Source: an uncultured Gammaproteobacteria bacterium (lineage in GTDB: Bacteria; Pseudomonadota; Gammaproteobacteria; JABCZS01). Taken from it: a stretch of DNA of 64,000 bases. The stretch lies in NCBI GenBank assembly GCA_963848305.1, contig CAWKDC010000001.1:1504001-1568000 (forward strand), read 5' to 3'. Under the pieces are notes generated by a model. That model had not been told where the DNA came from. It searched no databases and saw only the letters and a list, made by a program, of their open reading frames with translations. Shown in pieces: positions 9,736 to 21,399 of this stretch. A program made the position numbers and the translations under genes. The number at the start of each line of letters is the position of its first letter. The first letter of the stretch is position 1.

Positions 9736-11696
9736 ATGGCAAAGCATGTAATCGGTATTGATTTAGGAACCACCAACTCTTGTGTGGCTGTATTAGACAA
9801 AGGTGGCAAGGTCACCGTGATCGCGAACTCTGAAGGTGTGCGTACCACCCCTTCCATCGTCGCCTACACCAAAGACGGGCAAAAGTTGGTCGGTGCCCCC
9901 GCTAAACGTCAATCCGTCACCAATCCCACGAACACATTCTACGCAATCAAGCGTTTGATCGGCCGTATGTTCAAAGATGAAGTCGTTCAGCGCGACATCA
10001 AAATGGTGCCTTACAAAATCATTGCCGCCAACAATGGCGATGCATGGGTAGAAGTGCAATGGGCAGATAAACCCCATGAACCCAAAGCGCCTGCGCAAGT
10101 GTCTGCAGAAGTGCTGATCAAAATGAAGCAAACCGCTGAAGAATATTTGGGCGAGGAAATCACCGAGGCTGTGATCACTGTCCCTGCTTATTTCAACGAT
10201 TCGCAACGCCAAGCCACCAAGGATGCAGGTCGCATTGCCGGTCTTGAGGTGAAGCGTATCATCAATGAACCCACAGCTGCTGCCTTGGCATACGGCATGG
10301 ACAAAGCCCGTGGCGACAGCAAAATCGCTGTGTACGATTTGGGTGGTGGTACTTTCGATATTTCCATCATTGAAATTGCAGAAGTTGAAGGCGAGCACCA
10401 ATTTGAAGTGTTGGCCACCAACGGGGATACCTTTTTGGGAGGTGAAGACTTCGACATGCGCATCATCGATTTCTTGGTCGAAGAATTCAAGAAAGAACAA
10501 GGCATTGATTTGCGCAACGATCCCCTCGCTTTGCAGCGCTTGAAAGAAGCCGCTGAAAAAGCGAAAATCGAGTTGTCTTCCTTGCAGCAAACCGATGTCA
10601 ACCTGCCTTACATCACCGCAGACGCAAGTGGGCCGAAGCATTTGAACATCAAAATGACGCGCGCCAAACTCGAATCACTCGTGGAAGATTTGGTTGAACG
10701 TACAATCAATCCTTGTAAGACGGCCTTGAAAGATTCTGGTTTATCTCTCGATCAAATAAGCGATGTCATTCTCGTCGGTGGTCAAACCCGTATGCCGAAA
10801 GTGCAAGAAATTGTCAAACAGATCTTTGGCAAAGAAGCACGTCGTGACGTCAATCCCGATGAAGCGGTTGCCATTGGTGCGGCCATTCAGGGCGGCGTGT
10901 TGTCTGGTAGCGTGAAAGATATTCTATTGCTCGACGTGACGCCTTTATCCTTGGGGATTGAAACCATGGGCGGCGTGCTCACGAAACTGATTGAAAAGAA
11001 CACGACCATTCCGACAAAACATTCACAAGTGTTTTCAACGGCTGACGACAATCAAACCGCTGTGACGGTGCATGTTGTGCAAGGTGAGCGTGAACGTGCG
11101 AATGCGGAAGGGAATAAATCGTTGGGTCGCTTCGATCTGACAGATATTCCGCCTGCCCCCCGAGGCGTGCCGCAAATCGAAGTCACCTTCGACATTGACG
11201 CGAATGGTATTTTGAATGTGTCTGCCAAGGACAAGGCAACCAATAAGCAGCAATCCATCGTGATCCGCTCGTCAGGCGGTTTGTCTGAAGCTGAAATCGA
11301 CAAGATGGTGAAAGAAGCAGAAATGCATGCGGAAGAAGATCATAAATTCAAAGCGTTGGTTGAAACCAAAAACCAAGCAGATGCCATGATCCATTCCGTC
11401 ACCAAATCGATGAAGGAAGCGGGCGATAAAGTGTCCGCTGACGAGCGCGCATCAATCGAATCTGCCATCAATGCGTTGAAAGAAGCCATCAAGTCTGAGG
11501 ATAAATCATTGATCGAAGCGAAACTGCAAGCCTTGACAGATGCCTCTGGCAAAATGGCTGAGAAGCTATACGCTGCCGGTGGCGATCAAGGCGGCCCGGC
11601 CCAGCCGGCGGTGCGACAGCAGGTGAGCAAGCGGGTGGCGAGAGCGATGCAGTGGATGCGGAGTTCGAAGAAGTGAAGGACAAGGATAAAAAATGA
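9736..11696 (+). CDS. dnaK: Chaperone DnaK (Hsp70); 1-nt frameshift near 11600 in the C-terminal tail
   Basis: [18 protein letters not shown]; canonical tail [16 protein letters not shown] lies in another frame ending at TGA 11694-11696. Confidence 0.97.
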
Positions 11697-11705
11697 TTGA
11701 AAATG

Positions 11706-11733
11706 GTAGGGGTGCAGCATGCTGCTCCCCTAC
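11706..11733. repeat. GTAG-type REP palindrome between dnaK and dnaJ
   Basis: GTAGGGGTGCAGCATGCTGCTCCCCTAC, near-perfect hairpin. Confidence 0.75.
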
Positions 11734-11763
11734 ACAGAACGCTTCCCAAAATTTAGGCTTATC

Positions 11764-12885
11764 ATGTCCAAACGCGATTACTATGAAATCCTCGGCATTG
11801 CCCGTGGTGCCTCACCCGATGAGATCAAAAAGGCATACCGTCGCCTCGCGATGAAATACCATCCTGATCGAAATGCGGAAGATGCCTCTGCGAAAGAAAA
11901 ATTTCAGGAATGCCAAGAAGCCTATACGGTACTCTCTGATCCGCAGAAACGTGCCGCCTATGATCAATTCGGTCATGCCGGTGTGCAAGGTCCAGGCGGT
12001 GCGGGGCCTGGCGGCTTTACTGGAGGCGGATTCGAAGATATTTTTGGTGATATCTTTGGCGATATTTTCGGGGGTCGCGGTGGCCGCGGACAAGGAGCCG
12101 GCAGCCGTGCCACGCGAGGCCACGATCTCAAATATGATTTGGCACTCACTTTAGAACAAGCGGTTCAGGGTGTCACGCAAGAAATCAAAGTACCGACATG
12201 GGTCGGGTGTAAGACTTGTAGTGGTTCTGGCGCAAAACCCGGTTCATCCAAAAAAACCTGTTCAACCTGTGGGGGTGCAGGTCAAGTTCGCATGCAACAA
12301 GGTTTCTTTGCGGTCACGCAAACCTGCCCAGCATGTCATGGTGAAGGCAGCATGATTTCAGATCCTTGCACCTCGTGTAAAGGACAGGGTCGTGTTCGTG
12401 AAACCAAAACATTGTCTGTTAAAATTCCCGCGGGAGTTGATAATGGCGATCGCGTGCGTTTAGCAGGCGAGGGTGAAGCGGGCATGCATGGCGGTCCTGC
12501 GGGCGATTTATATGTTGAAGTGCATGTGACACCGCATCCATTTTTCGAGCGTGATGGTAACAATTTACATTCTGAAGTACCCATTGGTTTCGTGACCGCG
12601 GCATTAGGGGGTGATATTGATGTGCCGACGCTGAATGGTCATGTGAAATTGAAAATTCCTGCAGAAACACAAAATGGTAAAGTTTTCCGCTTACGCGGCC
12701 AAGGGGTGAAAGCGCTGCGCAGTAGCCAGGTCGGTGATTTATTGTGTCGCGTCCACATTGAAACGCCGGTTAACCTCGATAGTAATCAACGCGCTTTACT
12801 GGAATCTTTGGGTACCAGTTTAAACGCAAATCCCAGTAAGCATGAGCCTAGAACAACGGCGTGGCACGCAAAGTCACGGAAATGA
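11764..12885 (+). CDS. dnaJ: Chaperone DnaJ
   Basis: [16 protein letters not shown] region, four CxxCxGxG repeats. Confidence 0.97.
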   Translation: MSKRDYYEILGIARGASPDEIKKAYRRLAMKYHPDRNAEDASAKEKFQECQEAYTVLSDPQKRAAYDQFGHAGVQGPGGAGPGGFTGGGFEDIFGDIFGDIFGGRGGRGQGAGSRATRGHDLKYDLALTLEQAVQGVTQEIKVPTWVGCKTCSGSGAKPGSSKKTCSTCGGAGQVRMQQGFFAVTQTCPACHGEGSMISDPCTSCKGQGRVRETKTLSVKIPAGVDNGDRVRLAGEGEAGMHGGPAGDLYVEVHVTPHPFFERDGNNLHSEVPIGFVTAALGGDIDVPTLNGHVKLKIPAETQNGKVFRLRGQGVKALRSSQVGDLLCRVHIETPVNLDSNQRALLESLGTSLNANPSKHEPRTTAWHAKSRK

Positions 12886-12906
12886 AATGTGACACACACG
12901 CTCTTC

Positions 12907-12977
12907 GTCATCCCGGGCGCACATAGCGCGACCCGGGATCCCGGATAATTTTGCTACACAAAATTTTCGGGATGACA
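12907..12977. repeat. Palindromic extragenic element (GTCATCCCG...CGGGATGAC type)
   Basis: GTCATCCCGGGCGC...GCGACCCGGGATCC followed by CCGGATAATTTT...AAAATTTTCGGGATGAC. Confidence 0.6.
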
Positions 12978-13062
12978 AGATCAGGAGTGCTCCCCACAAT
13001 AAATCTTGTTCTTTTAAATTTTTCCTTCTATACTCTTCAAGCCAACATGACAGGAGTACACC

Positions 13063-13281
13063 ATGGCTGATCACTTATTCCAAGAAATTGAGCTGCGCAT
13101 CGAAACACTCGTGAGCACCTCCCGTAAACTCAAAGAAGAAAATGCATTTTTGCGTGAAATGGTTGAGGCACTGGAAGCAGAGCTCGCTGAATCACAAGAG
13201 AAACAAGCACAAGCCCGCGCGAGAATTGAAAAGGTGCTTGAACACTTAAAAGCAACGGACACTGTCGATGAACTTCAATAA
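13063..13281 (+). CDS. Small coiled-coil protein, ZapB/TIGR02449-like
   Basis: 72-aa heptad protein (LKEENAFLR...ARARIE) directly upstream of zapA. Confidence 0.8.
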   Translation: MADHLFQEIELRIETLVSTSRKLKEENAFLREMVEALEAELAESQEKQAQARARIEKVLEHLKATDTVDELQ

Positions 13282-13549
13282 AGAAACAGTACATATCCAT
13301 CTCCTCGGCAAATCTTATCCCATGGTGTGCCCTGCAGATGAAACAGAAAGTTTGAAAGATGCTGCGCAATACTTGGATCAAAAACTTCAAATCCTTGCGC
13401 GCTCGCATCCTCAACTCCCGCTAGAACGTCTCGCTCTCATGGCTGCGTTGGACTTGTCTCAAGAATGTTTGTCGTCTTCCCTATTTCGTGAAGGCCTAGA
13501 AGCCAAAATGCGTGCGTTGAATCATGCACTTGAAACAGAATTGTGTTAA
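13268..13549 (+). CDS. zapA: Cell division protein ZapA
   Basis: LLGKSY...CP..E...L..AA.YLD, ERLALMAALDL; upstream of 6S RNA. Confidence 0.9.
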   Translation: MNFNKETVHIHLLGKSYPMVCPADETESLKDAAQYLDQKLQILARSHPQLPLERLALMAALDLSQECLSSSLFREGLEAKMRALNHALETELC

Positions 13550-13559
13550 TCTGATGTGG

Positions 13560-13728
13560 GCCCATTGATTGTCCCCTCCGGGTGTCTTGAGCCGATACTT
13601 TATAGACGCAGGAAATACAGTCTCTGTCACCGTTGTGCATGCCGTGTTCGCACGGAAGCCTGAAGTGATATACTTTTTTCCGACTTGAACCCAGTGGTTC
13701 AAGGCAGAGGGGGGGACAATCAATGGGC
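13560..13728 (+). ncRNA. ssrS: 6S RNA
   Basis: Lies between zapA and ygfA; long closing stem GCCCATTGATTGTCCCC/GGGGACAATCAATGGGC, central bulge, CTTGAACC...GGTTCAAG hairpin. Confidence 0.9.
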
Positions 13729-13740
13729 GAAAAAACTTCT

Positions 13741-13840
13741 ATTTGGGTGATCTTGCGCTAAAATCCTGCGTTGAAATGCTCACATAGAAAAACACTATGC
13801 TGCGCTTTCTCCTCGCATTTTAGCGCAAGATCACTCAAAT
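13741..13840. repeat. ~100-bp element with 24-bp terminal inverted repeats (MITE/REP-like)
   Basis: ATTTGGGTGATCTTGCGCTAAAAT ... ATTTTAGCGCAAGATCACTCAAAT (1 mismatch). Confidence 0.6.
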
Positions 13841-13869
13841 ATAACCGTTTTTTTGATATGGGTACCTGA

Positions 13870-14454
13870 TTGATGCGTGATACTGTCAAATCAAAACGCC
13901 GTGCCCTGAAACCCGACGAGGTGATGGCGATGAGCGATCTGATCATCACCCGCCTGTGCGAGACATCCCTTATTCAAGGGCAACATATCGCCATTTATTT
14001 TTCATACCATCAAGAAGTCATGGCTGAACGCATTGTTCCCTGGTTATTAAAGCATCGCAAGCAAGTGTATATGCCCGTATTAGACACCGACACAGGCGTA
14101 TTATTTTTTGCGCATTACACATCTGACACTGCATTGCAACCGAATTTCTACGGTATTTTAGAGCCCGTGAAGCCGCATACTCTCCTGGAACCGTCAAAGC
14201 TCGATACGGTGCTTGTGCCGTTGGTCGCGTTTACACAACGCTGTGAACGTTTGGGCATGGGCAAAGGATATTATGACAAAACATTTGCTTTCCTCCTTCA
14301 ACATCCCCGTCCCCCCCATCCTAAGCTGATCGGATTGGCATACGATTTTCAGGAAATGCCCGAATTAATACAACATGATCAAGATGTTCGATTAGATGCT
14401 GTGGTCACGGAAACTCGGGTGATTTCTGTGATAGACTCCTCTTTTTCCTCATGA
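13870..14454 (+). CDS. ygfA: 5-formyltetrahydrofolate cyclo-ligase
   Basis: YGILEP, VPLVAF, RLGMGKGYYD; follows 6S RNA. Confidence 0.95.
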   Translation: MMRDTVKSKRRALKPDEVMAMSDLIITRLCETSLIQGQHIAIYFSYHQEVMAERIVPWLLKHRKQVYMPVLDTDTGVLFFAHYTSDTALQPNFYGILEPVKPHTLLEPSKLDTVLVPLVAFTQRCERLGMGKGYYDKTFAFLLQHPRPPHPKLIGLAYDFQEMPELIQHDQDVRLDAVVTETRVISVIDSSFSS

Positions 14455-14463
14455 GAAAGAGAC

Positions 14464-15906
14464 ATGGACATACTCGCCAAAGCGAAAGACATTTTGCTTG
14501 CTCCCACAGCGCTGACAGAAAGCGCTTTATCAAATTTGCTTTCCCACCTGAACGGCCGCGCGATTGATCAAGCGGATCTGTACTTTCAAGTGATTCAACA
14601 TGAACATTTTGGCTTAGAAGATGGCAAAGTGAAAGGCAACAGTTTCAGCCTGGATAAAGGCGTGGGGATCCGTGCCATCAGCGGTGAAAAAACAGGGTTT
14701 GCCTACAGCGATGAACTGTACATGCCCGCGCTTGAAAAAGCGACTCAAGCGGCTAAAAGTATTGCCCGCGGTGGTGGCGGAAATGCGATTCCGCAAGCGC
14801 CTCATCATGTCTTGCCCAAAGCATTATATGCCCCGGTCGATCCCCTCGAGAGTGTGAGTACCGCAGAAAAAATGGCTGTGCTGCAACACATTGATCGTTT
14901 TGCCAGAGCAATGGATCCCCGCATCACGCAGGTCATGACAAACCTAACGGCTTCACATGAAGTGATCCTCGTCATGTCGCAAGACGGCACGCTTTCTGCT
15001 GATATTCGTCCGCTTGTTCGCTTGGATGTTCGCGTGATTGCACAATCGGGTAACCGTCGTGAACAAGGTTTTTCCGGTGGCGGTGGTCGTACAGATTATC
15101 GTCCTGTGATTGATCTGAAAACAGCAGAGTGGCACGCCGCTGAAGCGGTTCGTTTAGCGCTCTTGAATTTGGAAGCAGGCGCAGCGCCTGCCGGCTTGAT
15201 GCCTGTGGTGCTCGGCCCAGGTTGGCCCGGCGTGTTATTGCATGAAGCCGTGGGACACGGTTTAGAAGGCGATTTCAATCGAAAAGGTAGCAGTTTTTAC
15301 GCCGGTCGTTTAGGTGAACAAGTCGCCAGCCCTCTCGTCACGGTGGTGGATGATGGCACATTGCCAAATCGTCGAGGTTCTCTGACGATTGATGACGAAG
15401 GCGTGCCTTCTCAATGCACAACGCTCATCGAAAATGGCATCCTAAAAAATTACATGCAAGATAAAATGAATGCGAGATTGATGGGAATGCAGCCCACAGG
15501 GAATGGCCGCCGTGAATCTTATGCGCATCTGCCCATGCCCCGGATGACCAACACATATTTATTGGCAGGCAAAAGTGATCCCGCGGAAATCATCAGCAGT
15601 GTTCAAAATGGTATTTATGCTGTGAATTTTTCGGGCGGGCAAGTGGACATCACGTCAGGTAAATTTGTTTTCACCACGAGCGAGGCGTACCTCATCGAAA
15701 ATGGGAAAGTGACACGTCCAGTAAAAGGCGCGACCTTGATTGGCATGGGTCCGGAAGTCATGCAAAATATTTCCATGGTGGGGAATGACTTGAAGTTGGA
15801 TCAAGGTGTAGGCGTTTGCGGGAAGCAAGGCCAATCGGTACCAGTAGGGGTTGGCCAGCCGACGCTGAAGGTGGATCAAATGACCGTAGGCGGCACTCAA
15901 CAATAA
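14464..15906 (+). CDS. tldD: Metalloprotease TldD
   Basis: [39 protein letters not shown]. Confidence 0.97.
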   Translation: MDILAKAKDILLAPTALTESALSNLLSHLNGRAIDQADLYFQVIQHEHFGLEDGKVKGNSFSLDKGVGIRAISGEKTGFAYSDELYMPALEKATQAAKSIARGGGGNAIPQAPHHVLPKALYAPVDPLESVSTAEKMAVLQHIDRFARAMDPRITQVMTNLTASHEVILVMSQDGTLSADIRPLVRLDVRVIAQSGNRREQGFSGGGGRTDYRPVIDLKTAEWHAAEAVRLALLNLEAGAAPAGLMPVVLGPGWPGVLLHEAVGHGLEGDFNRKGSSFYAGRLGEQVASPLVTVVDDGTLPNRRGSLTIDDEGVPSQCTTLIENGILKNYMQDKMNARLMGMQPTGNGRRESYAHLPMPRMTNTYLLAGKSDPAEIISSVQNGIYAVNFSGGQVDITSGKFVFTTSEAYLIENGKVTRPVKGATLIGMGPEVMQNISMVGNDLKLDQGVGVCGKQGQSVPVGVGQPTLKVDQMTVGGTQQ

Positions 15907-15917
15907 GGATTTATTGC

Positions 15918-17237
15918 ATGCATTCAGAAACATTCAAAAACACCGTTTCATACACCCTCGACAAAGCCAAATCACTCGGCGCGACAGATTGCGAAGTGAG
16001 CCTTGCCCTCGTAGAAGGGTTTGATGTGATGGTACGTAACCTGGATGTCGAAACCGTAGAATTCACGGGTGAAAAGGCGATGGCCATCAACGTTTATCGT
16101 GGTCACAAGAAAGCGTCTGTGGGTATTTCCGATGCATCTCATGCTGAAATTGACAAAGCTGTTGCACGTGCCATTGACATGGCCGATGCACTCGAGGCCG
16201 ATCAGTTCGAAGGATTACCCGCGCCCAGTGAATTGGCACAGCATTTTAAAGCATTGTCTCTCGATCATCCGTGGGATATCACGCCAGAAAAAGCGATTGA
16301 CATGGGGATCATGATCGAAAAGGAAGCACTGGCACAAGACAAGCGTATCAAACAATCCGAGGGCGTGCACATTTCAACCCAGCGGGCTGTGCAAGTGTTT
16401 GGAAACAGCATTGGTTTTATGGAACATGAAGAACGCACGCGTCACAGTATTTCTTGTGTACTGATTGCAGAAGAAGCGGGCCGCATGCAACGCGATTATG
16501 CATACGATACCCGACGCGATTTTCATGATTTAATGCCGCACAGCGAATTGGTCGTGATGGCAGCACAACGGACAGTGGCACGCTTGAATGCGCGATCCAT
16601 TCCCACCACACGCGTGCCTGTGTTATTCGATCCGCCGCTCGCTGCAGGTTTAATTCATCATTTTTTATCGGCCATCAGTGGCGGAGCCTTATACCGCGAG
16701 GCCTCATTTTTATGCGGCGCATTGGGCGAGCGGATTTTTCCAACATGGATGAACATTGAAGACAATCCATTCTTATTGAAAGGCATGGGATCCTGCAATG
16801 CGGATAATGATGGCGTGCAAACACAAGAGCGTCATTTGATCAAAGACGGTGTTTTACAAGGATATTTGCTGAGCGTGTACACGGGTCGCCGTTTGAAAAT
16901 GGCTTCCACAGGTAATGCGGGCGGCGCACACAACGTGCTGGTGCAATCAGGTCCTGATGATCTGCCTGGTTTATTGCGTAAAATGGATCGCGGCTTATAT
17001 GTCACGGAGTTAATGGGGCAGGGGGTTAATATAGTGACGGGGGATTATTCTCGCGGAGCATCCGGCTTCTGGGTTGAAAATGGTCAAATTCAATTTCCTG
17101 TTGAAAATATCACCATTGCCGGTAACCTTAAAGAGATGTTCGCGCATGTTGTTGCGGTAGGCAGCGACATCGACACGCGTGGGCAGGTGCGTATCGGTTC
17201 GCTGTTGCTCAGCGAGATGACAGTGGCAGGGAATTAA
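15918..17237 (+). CDS. pmbA: Metalloprotease partner PmbA/TldE
   Basis: MQRDY, STGNAGG, GQGVNIVTGDYSRGASGFWVENG; ATG at 15918 after AAGGA. Confidence 0.95.
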   Translation: MHSETFKNTVSYTLDKAKSLGATDCEVSLALVEGFDVMVRNLDVETVEFTGEKAMAINVYRGHKKASVGISDASHAEIDKAVARAIDMADALEADQFEGLPAPSELAQHFKALSLDHPWDITPEKAIDMGIMIEKEALAQDKRIKQSEGVHISTQRAVQVFGNSIGFMEHEERTRHSISCVLIAEEAGRMQRDYAYDTRRDFHDLMPHSELVVMAAQRTVARLNARSIPTTRVPVLFDPPLAAGLIHHFLSAISGGALYREASFLCGALGERIFPTWMNIEDNPFLLKGMGSCNADNDGVQTQERHLIKDGVLQGYLLSVYTGRRLKMASTGNAGGAHNVLVQSGPDDLPGLLRKMDRGLYVTELMGQGVNIVTGDYSRGASGFWVENGQIQFPVENITIAGNLKEMFAHVVAVGSDIDTRGQVRIGSLLLSEMTVAGN

Positions 17238-17238
17238 T

Positions 17239-18333
17239 GTGAGCACGTACGATGTGTTGATCGTTGGTGCCGGTCTTGTCGGCACTACCCTGGCGTTAGC
17301 CTTGCATCAAACGGGTGTGAGGGTTGCGCTGATGGATGCCAAACCACGTTTGTCCGCTGACAACATGAGTGATGTGCGCACGGTGGCGCTGTCATTGGCT
17401 TCTGTGAGATGGCTCGAAAAAACAGGCGTCTGGGCATTGTTATCAGACGAGGAAAAATCGCCTTACACCCACATGTGTGTGTTTGAACCGGATTATCCCG
17501 CATCCACACTCACATTTTCTGCGCAGCAATCGGGTTTGCCTTGTTTGGGCTATATCGTTGCGCACGATCGTCTATTAATGGCCGCACAATCATTATTACA
17601 GTGCGATACCTTTTTTGACACGCCAATTCATGCGTTGAGTGATGTCACAGATCGTGCGCAGATAGTTATTGGATGTGATGGCGCTGATTCTTTGCTGCGT
17701 CAAGCGATCAGCATCACACAGCAGACGCATGATTACGAGCAGAAGGCATTGGTTGCTGAATTACAATGCGAGCATTGGCATGAACACACTGCTTGGCAAT
17801 CATTCTCGCAAGGAGCCATCATGGGGTTATTGCCCTTGCACGATCGCCATCGTGTGAACATGGTCTGGAGCCTGAACAGAACGCTGGCCGACGAATATGC
17901 GTCTTTGCCTGTCACATCATTAGAACCATTGATTCAATCCATGTTCGGTGATCGCTTGGGTCGCTTATCAATCGTGTCAACCCGTGTCGGGAAGTTCTCC
18001 TTGGTGGCGCGCCATGCTCATCAATATGGGAATGATCGCGTGATATTACTAGGTGATGCCATTCACACCGTGCATCCATTGGCGGGGCAGGGTGTTAATT
18101 TGGGTTTTCTGGATGCAGCTGCGCTAGTCGAGTGTTGGGGCAGTAGGAATCTGCGCGCGTGTGTCGAGCGCCGCCGCAAAGCCCATAATTTTTTCACCAC
18201 TCATTTAATGACAGCCTTGCAGCAAGCGTACGCGCAAACGGGGCTTGTCGCACAAGCGCGCCATTTGGGTGTCAGAGGGTTGAATGCGGTGCCAATGTTA
18301 AAAAGCATGATCGTGAAAGCAATGACAACATGA
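17239..18333 (+). CDS. UbiH/UbiF/VisC-family FAD-dependent hydroxylase
   Basis: GAGLVG, GCDGADS, GDAIHTVHPLAGQGVNLGFLD. Confidence 0.9.
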   Translation: MSTYDVLIVGAGLVGTTLALALHQTGVRVALMDAKPRLSADNMSDVRTVALSLASVRWLEKTGVWALLSDEEKSPYTHMCVFEPDYPASTLTFSAQQSGLPCLGYIVAHDRLLMAAQSLLQCDTFFDTPIHALSDVTDRAQIVIGCDGADSLLRQAISITQQTHDYEQKALVAELQCEHWHEHTAWQSFSQGAIMGLLPLHDRHRVNMVWSLNRTLADEYASLPVTSLEPLIQSMFGDRLGRLSIVSTRVGKFSLVARHAHQYGNDRVILLGDAIHTVHPLAGQGVNLGFLDAAALVECWGSRNLRACVERRRKAHNFFTTHLMTALQQAYAQTGLVAQARHLGVRGLNAVPMLKSMIVKAMTT

Positions 18334-18384
18334 ATATGGGCTCTTGTAGGGGCACATATTTGCGCCGGTTAAACACGATTGATT

Positions 18385-20038
18385 TTATGTCAACGACGGT
18401 TTTCCTAAATGCACTTCTTTTGCTTCATCTGCTGATCCGAATCGAGTCCATCCCCACCACGTTGTCCATGTTGTCTTAACAGCCTCTTGTTTACCTGTAG
18501 GCTTATTGGGTTGTTCTCCACCATGTTCCATCTCAATATACTTCTCACCATTCTCCCACTTGACCGCCCTCGGCTTCGCTGCAAACAAGTAAAACCCTAA
18601 TGATGAAGACAAACCTGTTATTTCTGCCAATATGCTTTTAAACTGTTCTGTTTCACTGAAAGATTCACCCTCATGCTTTTCCAAACCTTCGCGATAAAAA
18701 TGTTTATTCTGAGCGCCATTGTTGTAAGCATTGATAAAGCCCCAAATGTTCATATGATTGAAAATAGCGCGAGCGAATATGTGGGGTAAGAAGAAATAAG
18801 AATTTTTAATGTTATGCTGAATACGTGCGTATTTCACCGCTTCTTTCCAGCAGTAGACTTCCGCTACCAACAACGTCCAGGGTATGAAGAAAATGGTGGC
18901 AAATCCAGTGGCCCAGAAATTTCCGATTGTGCTTGCAGTGTTCTTTTGTAAGCTTTGATGCTGTTTCACACCGATATCTTTGCATGCACTGAGGAAACTT
19001 GACGCCCCAATCGCTAATTTTTGAGAAATAGTCATATTATAAATACCACGACCAATCACAAAGATATAGCCCAAGGGTTCGATAAGATAGCCGATCCAAT
19101 CAACTGGCATTTTTTCTTTCGTTGCATGGCTAAAAAAGTCTTGCAAAATTTCAACCAAATTCTCCCCTGCGTATTGCGTGGCTGCATAAATCGCATAAGT
19201 GAAAATGACGTTGAAACCAATAAACAATAAGCCGCGGGTGAGGGCTCCTAGTACAAGTCCGATGCTCATGCTGGGAAGCTTCGTGTCCTTTGTGACATCT
19301 TGTCCATACCAAAGCGCCTGCATCCCTTCCCAAATAGTTAGCTTGAAGCCATTTTTTGTAAAATTCGCAAACCATTCTCGGGGTGCCTGTGTGAACAGGC
19401 CGATCATCGATATGGCAGTTGCGCCACCAAAGATCAGAATAGGTAGGAAAAATTTATACCAATATGATTTGTCAATGCCCTTATCGGACGTGGTCTCATC
19501 CCCCTCAATCAGCTCCAGGAGTGGACTTAATTGTGCGGCGCTATTAATGATGGCGGCGGCGGCGAATAAAATAAAGAAAGCCGTATATGCCTTGGCATAC
19601 TTCCCAGAAGGCTTTTCTGAATTTTTAGCATTCTTGTTCAGTGCGTTTGGGACATTGTCCCAGAAACCATATAAATTGACGCCCATCGTGATCAGCATGC
19701 CGCAAATGGCTAATTCAGTGGTTGCCAGGAATGGCACGCTGGTTTGGGCAAGTAAGCCGACATATGTTGCAACCCCGCAAACAGCCGCATAAATCAGGGC
19801 GGCTACTCGTCCTTTTTTTTCTGCTGTGGTAAATTTGTTCCAATCATACCAAAGCCGATCGGCCTTATTTTGGGCGGCATTGATGTCTTCGATTTCTTCT
19901 CGCACGGCAGAGTCATCTGAGCTTTGATTTTGTTGTATTAGACGGTTGAGTTGCCTCTCTGGCTGACTTAATAGCCTGTATATCTGCTGCTTCGAGTGCT
20001 TTGCGAGCTGCTTGAATTTTCAGTAGATTTTCAGACAT
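18385..20038 (-). CDS. Hypothetical multi-pass membrane protein; probable true start ATG 20038 with a frameshift near 20020
   Basis: 506-aa ORF 18385-19905 with many hydrophobic segments; frame stays open upstream to ~20020; an ATG with a GGGGA RBS (MSENLLK) lies at 20038 in another frame. Confidence 0.7.
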
Positions 20039-20150
20039 ATCCCAATTCCCCTTATACAGATAACCCAGGATAACATGACGGAAAAAGAAAGGGAAGCTTT
20101 ATTTTAGTCTTAGAGCTAACTATGTGATTGTTAGGGGAAATATTTGAGGA

Positions 20151-20315
20151 TCAGGCCGCAGGCCTTTAAGTACCCAGCCCAGGGTCTAGGTGCGCAAAGC
20201 GCACCGTAACCTTGGGTTTGAATAGGGTAGAGTATAGAAGATTAATATGTCCCAGGGTTGGGGTGCGCTACGCGCCCCTCACCCTGGGCTATAAGCTTTC
20301 AGGCCTTCGGCCTGA
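20151..20315. repeat. Inverted REP doublet (REPIN/BIME-like)
   Basis: Two ~65-bp GC-rich inverted units (TCAGGCCG(C/A)AGGCCT ... AGCCCAGGGT..GG(T/G)GCGC...GCGCACC..AACC(T/C)TGGG) around an AT-rich spacer. Confidence 0.7.
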
Positions 20316-20338
20316 GAGCTTATTGAGATCATGACAAC

Positions 20339-21187
20339 TTATTTATCAATATACTGATGTTTCACATGCTTCTTTTCAGGCTTTTTGTAAAAGTCTGGAA
20401 TCATGAAGCGGAAGCCTAAATAAACTTCTTGCGCTGTCAGCTCGGAATCATACGCGGATAAAGAAGATACCCCACCTACCATAACAATGGTTGGGGCTAC
20501 CGCATTATCAATTCTATAGCTTACGTCACCCAAGTCTGAATAACGGTAACTGAGATCAATGGCCAACCATTCTAATGGATTGACCGTCACACCGGCCGTG
20601 CCCATCCAGCTGAAGGCGTAATCATGATCCTTCCCATCGGCTGACCCGATGAAATCACTATCTATGCCATAAATTGACAGAGATGAATCGCTATAATTAA
20701 GCGCTGCACCCAGGCCCGCACCCACGAACAAGGCAAACATCTTCGTCACGGGAATATCAAGGTAAAAGTTCGCCAAGATAGTTTGGCTATCTACAGTTGA
20801 GCTAAACGTTTCATAGTCTTTTCTTTCAGCGTTCTGTGTGCCCAACAGAAAACCGCCACCACCGGTACGCGAAGGATGAAATTCAGAGTTGATGGTATAG
20901 TGGTTGCGGTACAGGTATTCTGTTTCCATGCGCAAAGGAACAGGTAAGCTGTCATATTTGTAACCCACTGCGCCACCCCAACCCACGGCGTTTGTATTGG
21001 ATGAACCCTTGGACGCTTTGAGGTCTGCCTTAAGGGCGCTGCTACTTGAAAAGGGGAAGTTGATATCGAAATCAGATATTTCGCCACCGGACCAACCCAC
21101 TTTGGGCGCTACATAGATGCCGCTAACCGCCAATGCTTGGCTCGCGAAAAGGGCTAATATGGCGGAAGAGATTAAGGTTTTTTTCAT
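20339..21187 (-). CDS. Outer membrane beta-barrel protein (OmpA-TM/opacity-like), copy 1
   Basis: Signal peptide MKKTLISSAILALFASQALA; strands GGAVGY, LRMETEY, LANFYLDI, FVGAGLG, IDLSYRYSDLG, YLGFRF. Confidence 0.85.
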   Translation of the reverse strand: MKKTLISSAILALFASQALAVSGIYVAPKVGWSGGEISDFDINFPFSSSSALKADLKASKGSSNTNAVGWGGAVGYKYDSLPVPLRMETEYLYRNHYTINSEFHPSRTGGGGFLLGTQNAERKDYETFSSTVDSQTILANFYLDIPVTKMFALFVGAGLGAALNYSDSSLSIYGIDSDFIGSADGKDHDYAFSWMGTAGVTVNPLEWLAIDLSYRYSDLGDVSYRIDNAVAPTIVMVGGVSSLSAYDSELTAQEVYLGFRFMIPDFYKKPEKKHVKHQYIDK

Positions 21188-21347
21188 AGAATGATATCCT
21201 TTCAAAGTTGAACGAGAATACCAAAAGTATAGAGGGCGAAATCGAATATGCAACCTTGCTGGAACAGAATAAAGCGGGAATGATTGCTGATGGTCGTTAA
21301 GTTGTGTAGCAGTTTTTTCAGGATTGATCTGCTTCGCATATCAGGCA

Positions 21348-21391
21348 CCCCGCTTTCGCGGGGGACAAACTTCACATGCTGCGCCCCGACA
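21348..21391. repeat. CCCCGCTTTCGCGGGG palindrome adjacent to a partial REP
   Basis: The same unit (CCCCGCTTTCGCGGGGG..AAACT) occurs at 37071-37094. Confidence 0.6.
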
Positions 21392-21399
21392 ATGCATTC

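Noticed and set aside
9793-10641. 282-aa antisense ORF within dnaK
   Set aside because: Well-known shadow ORF produced by dnaK codon bias; no independent coding signal.
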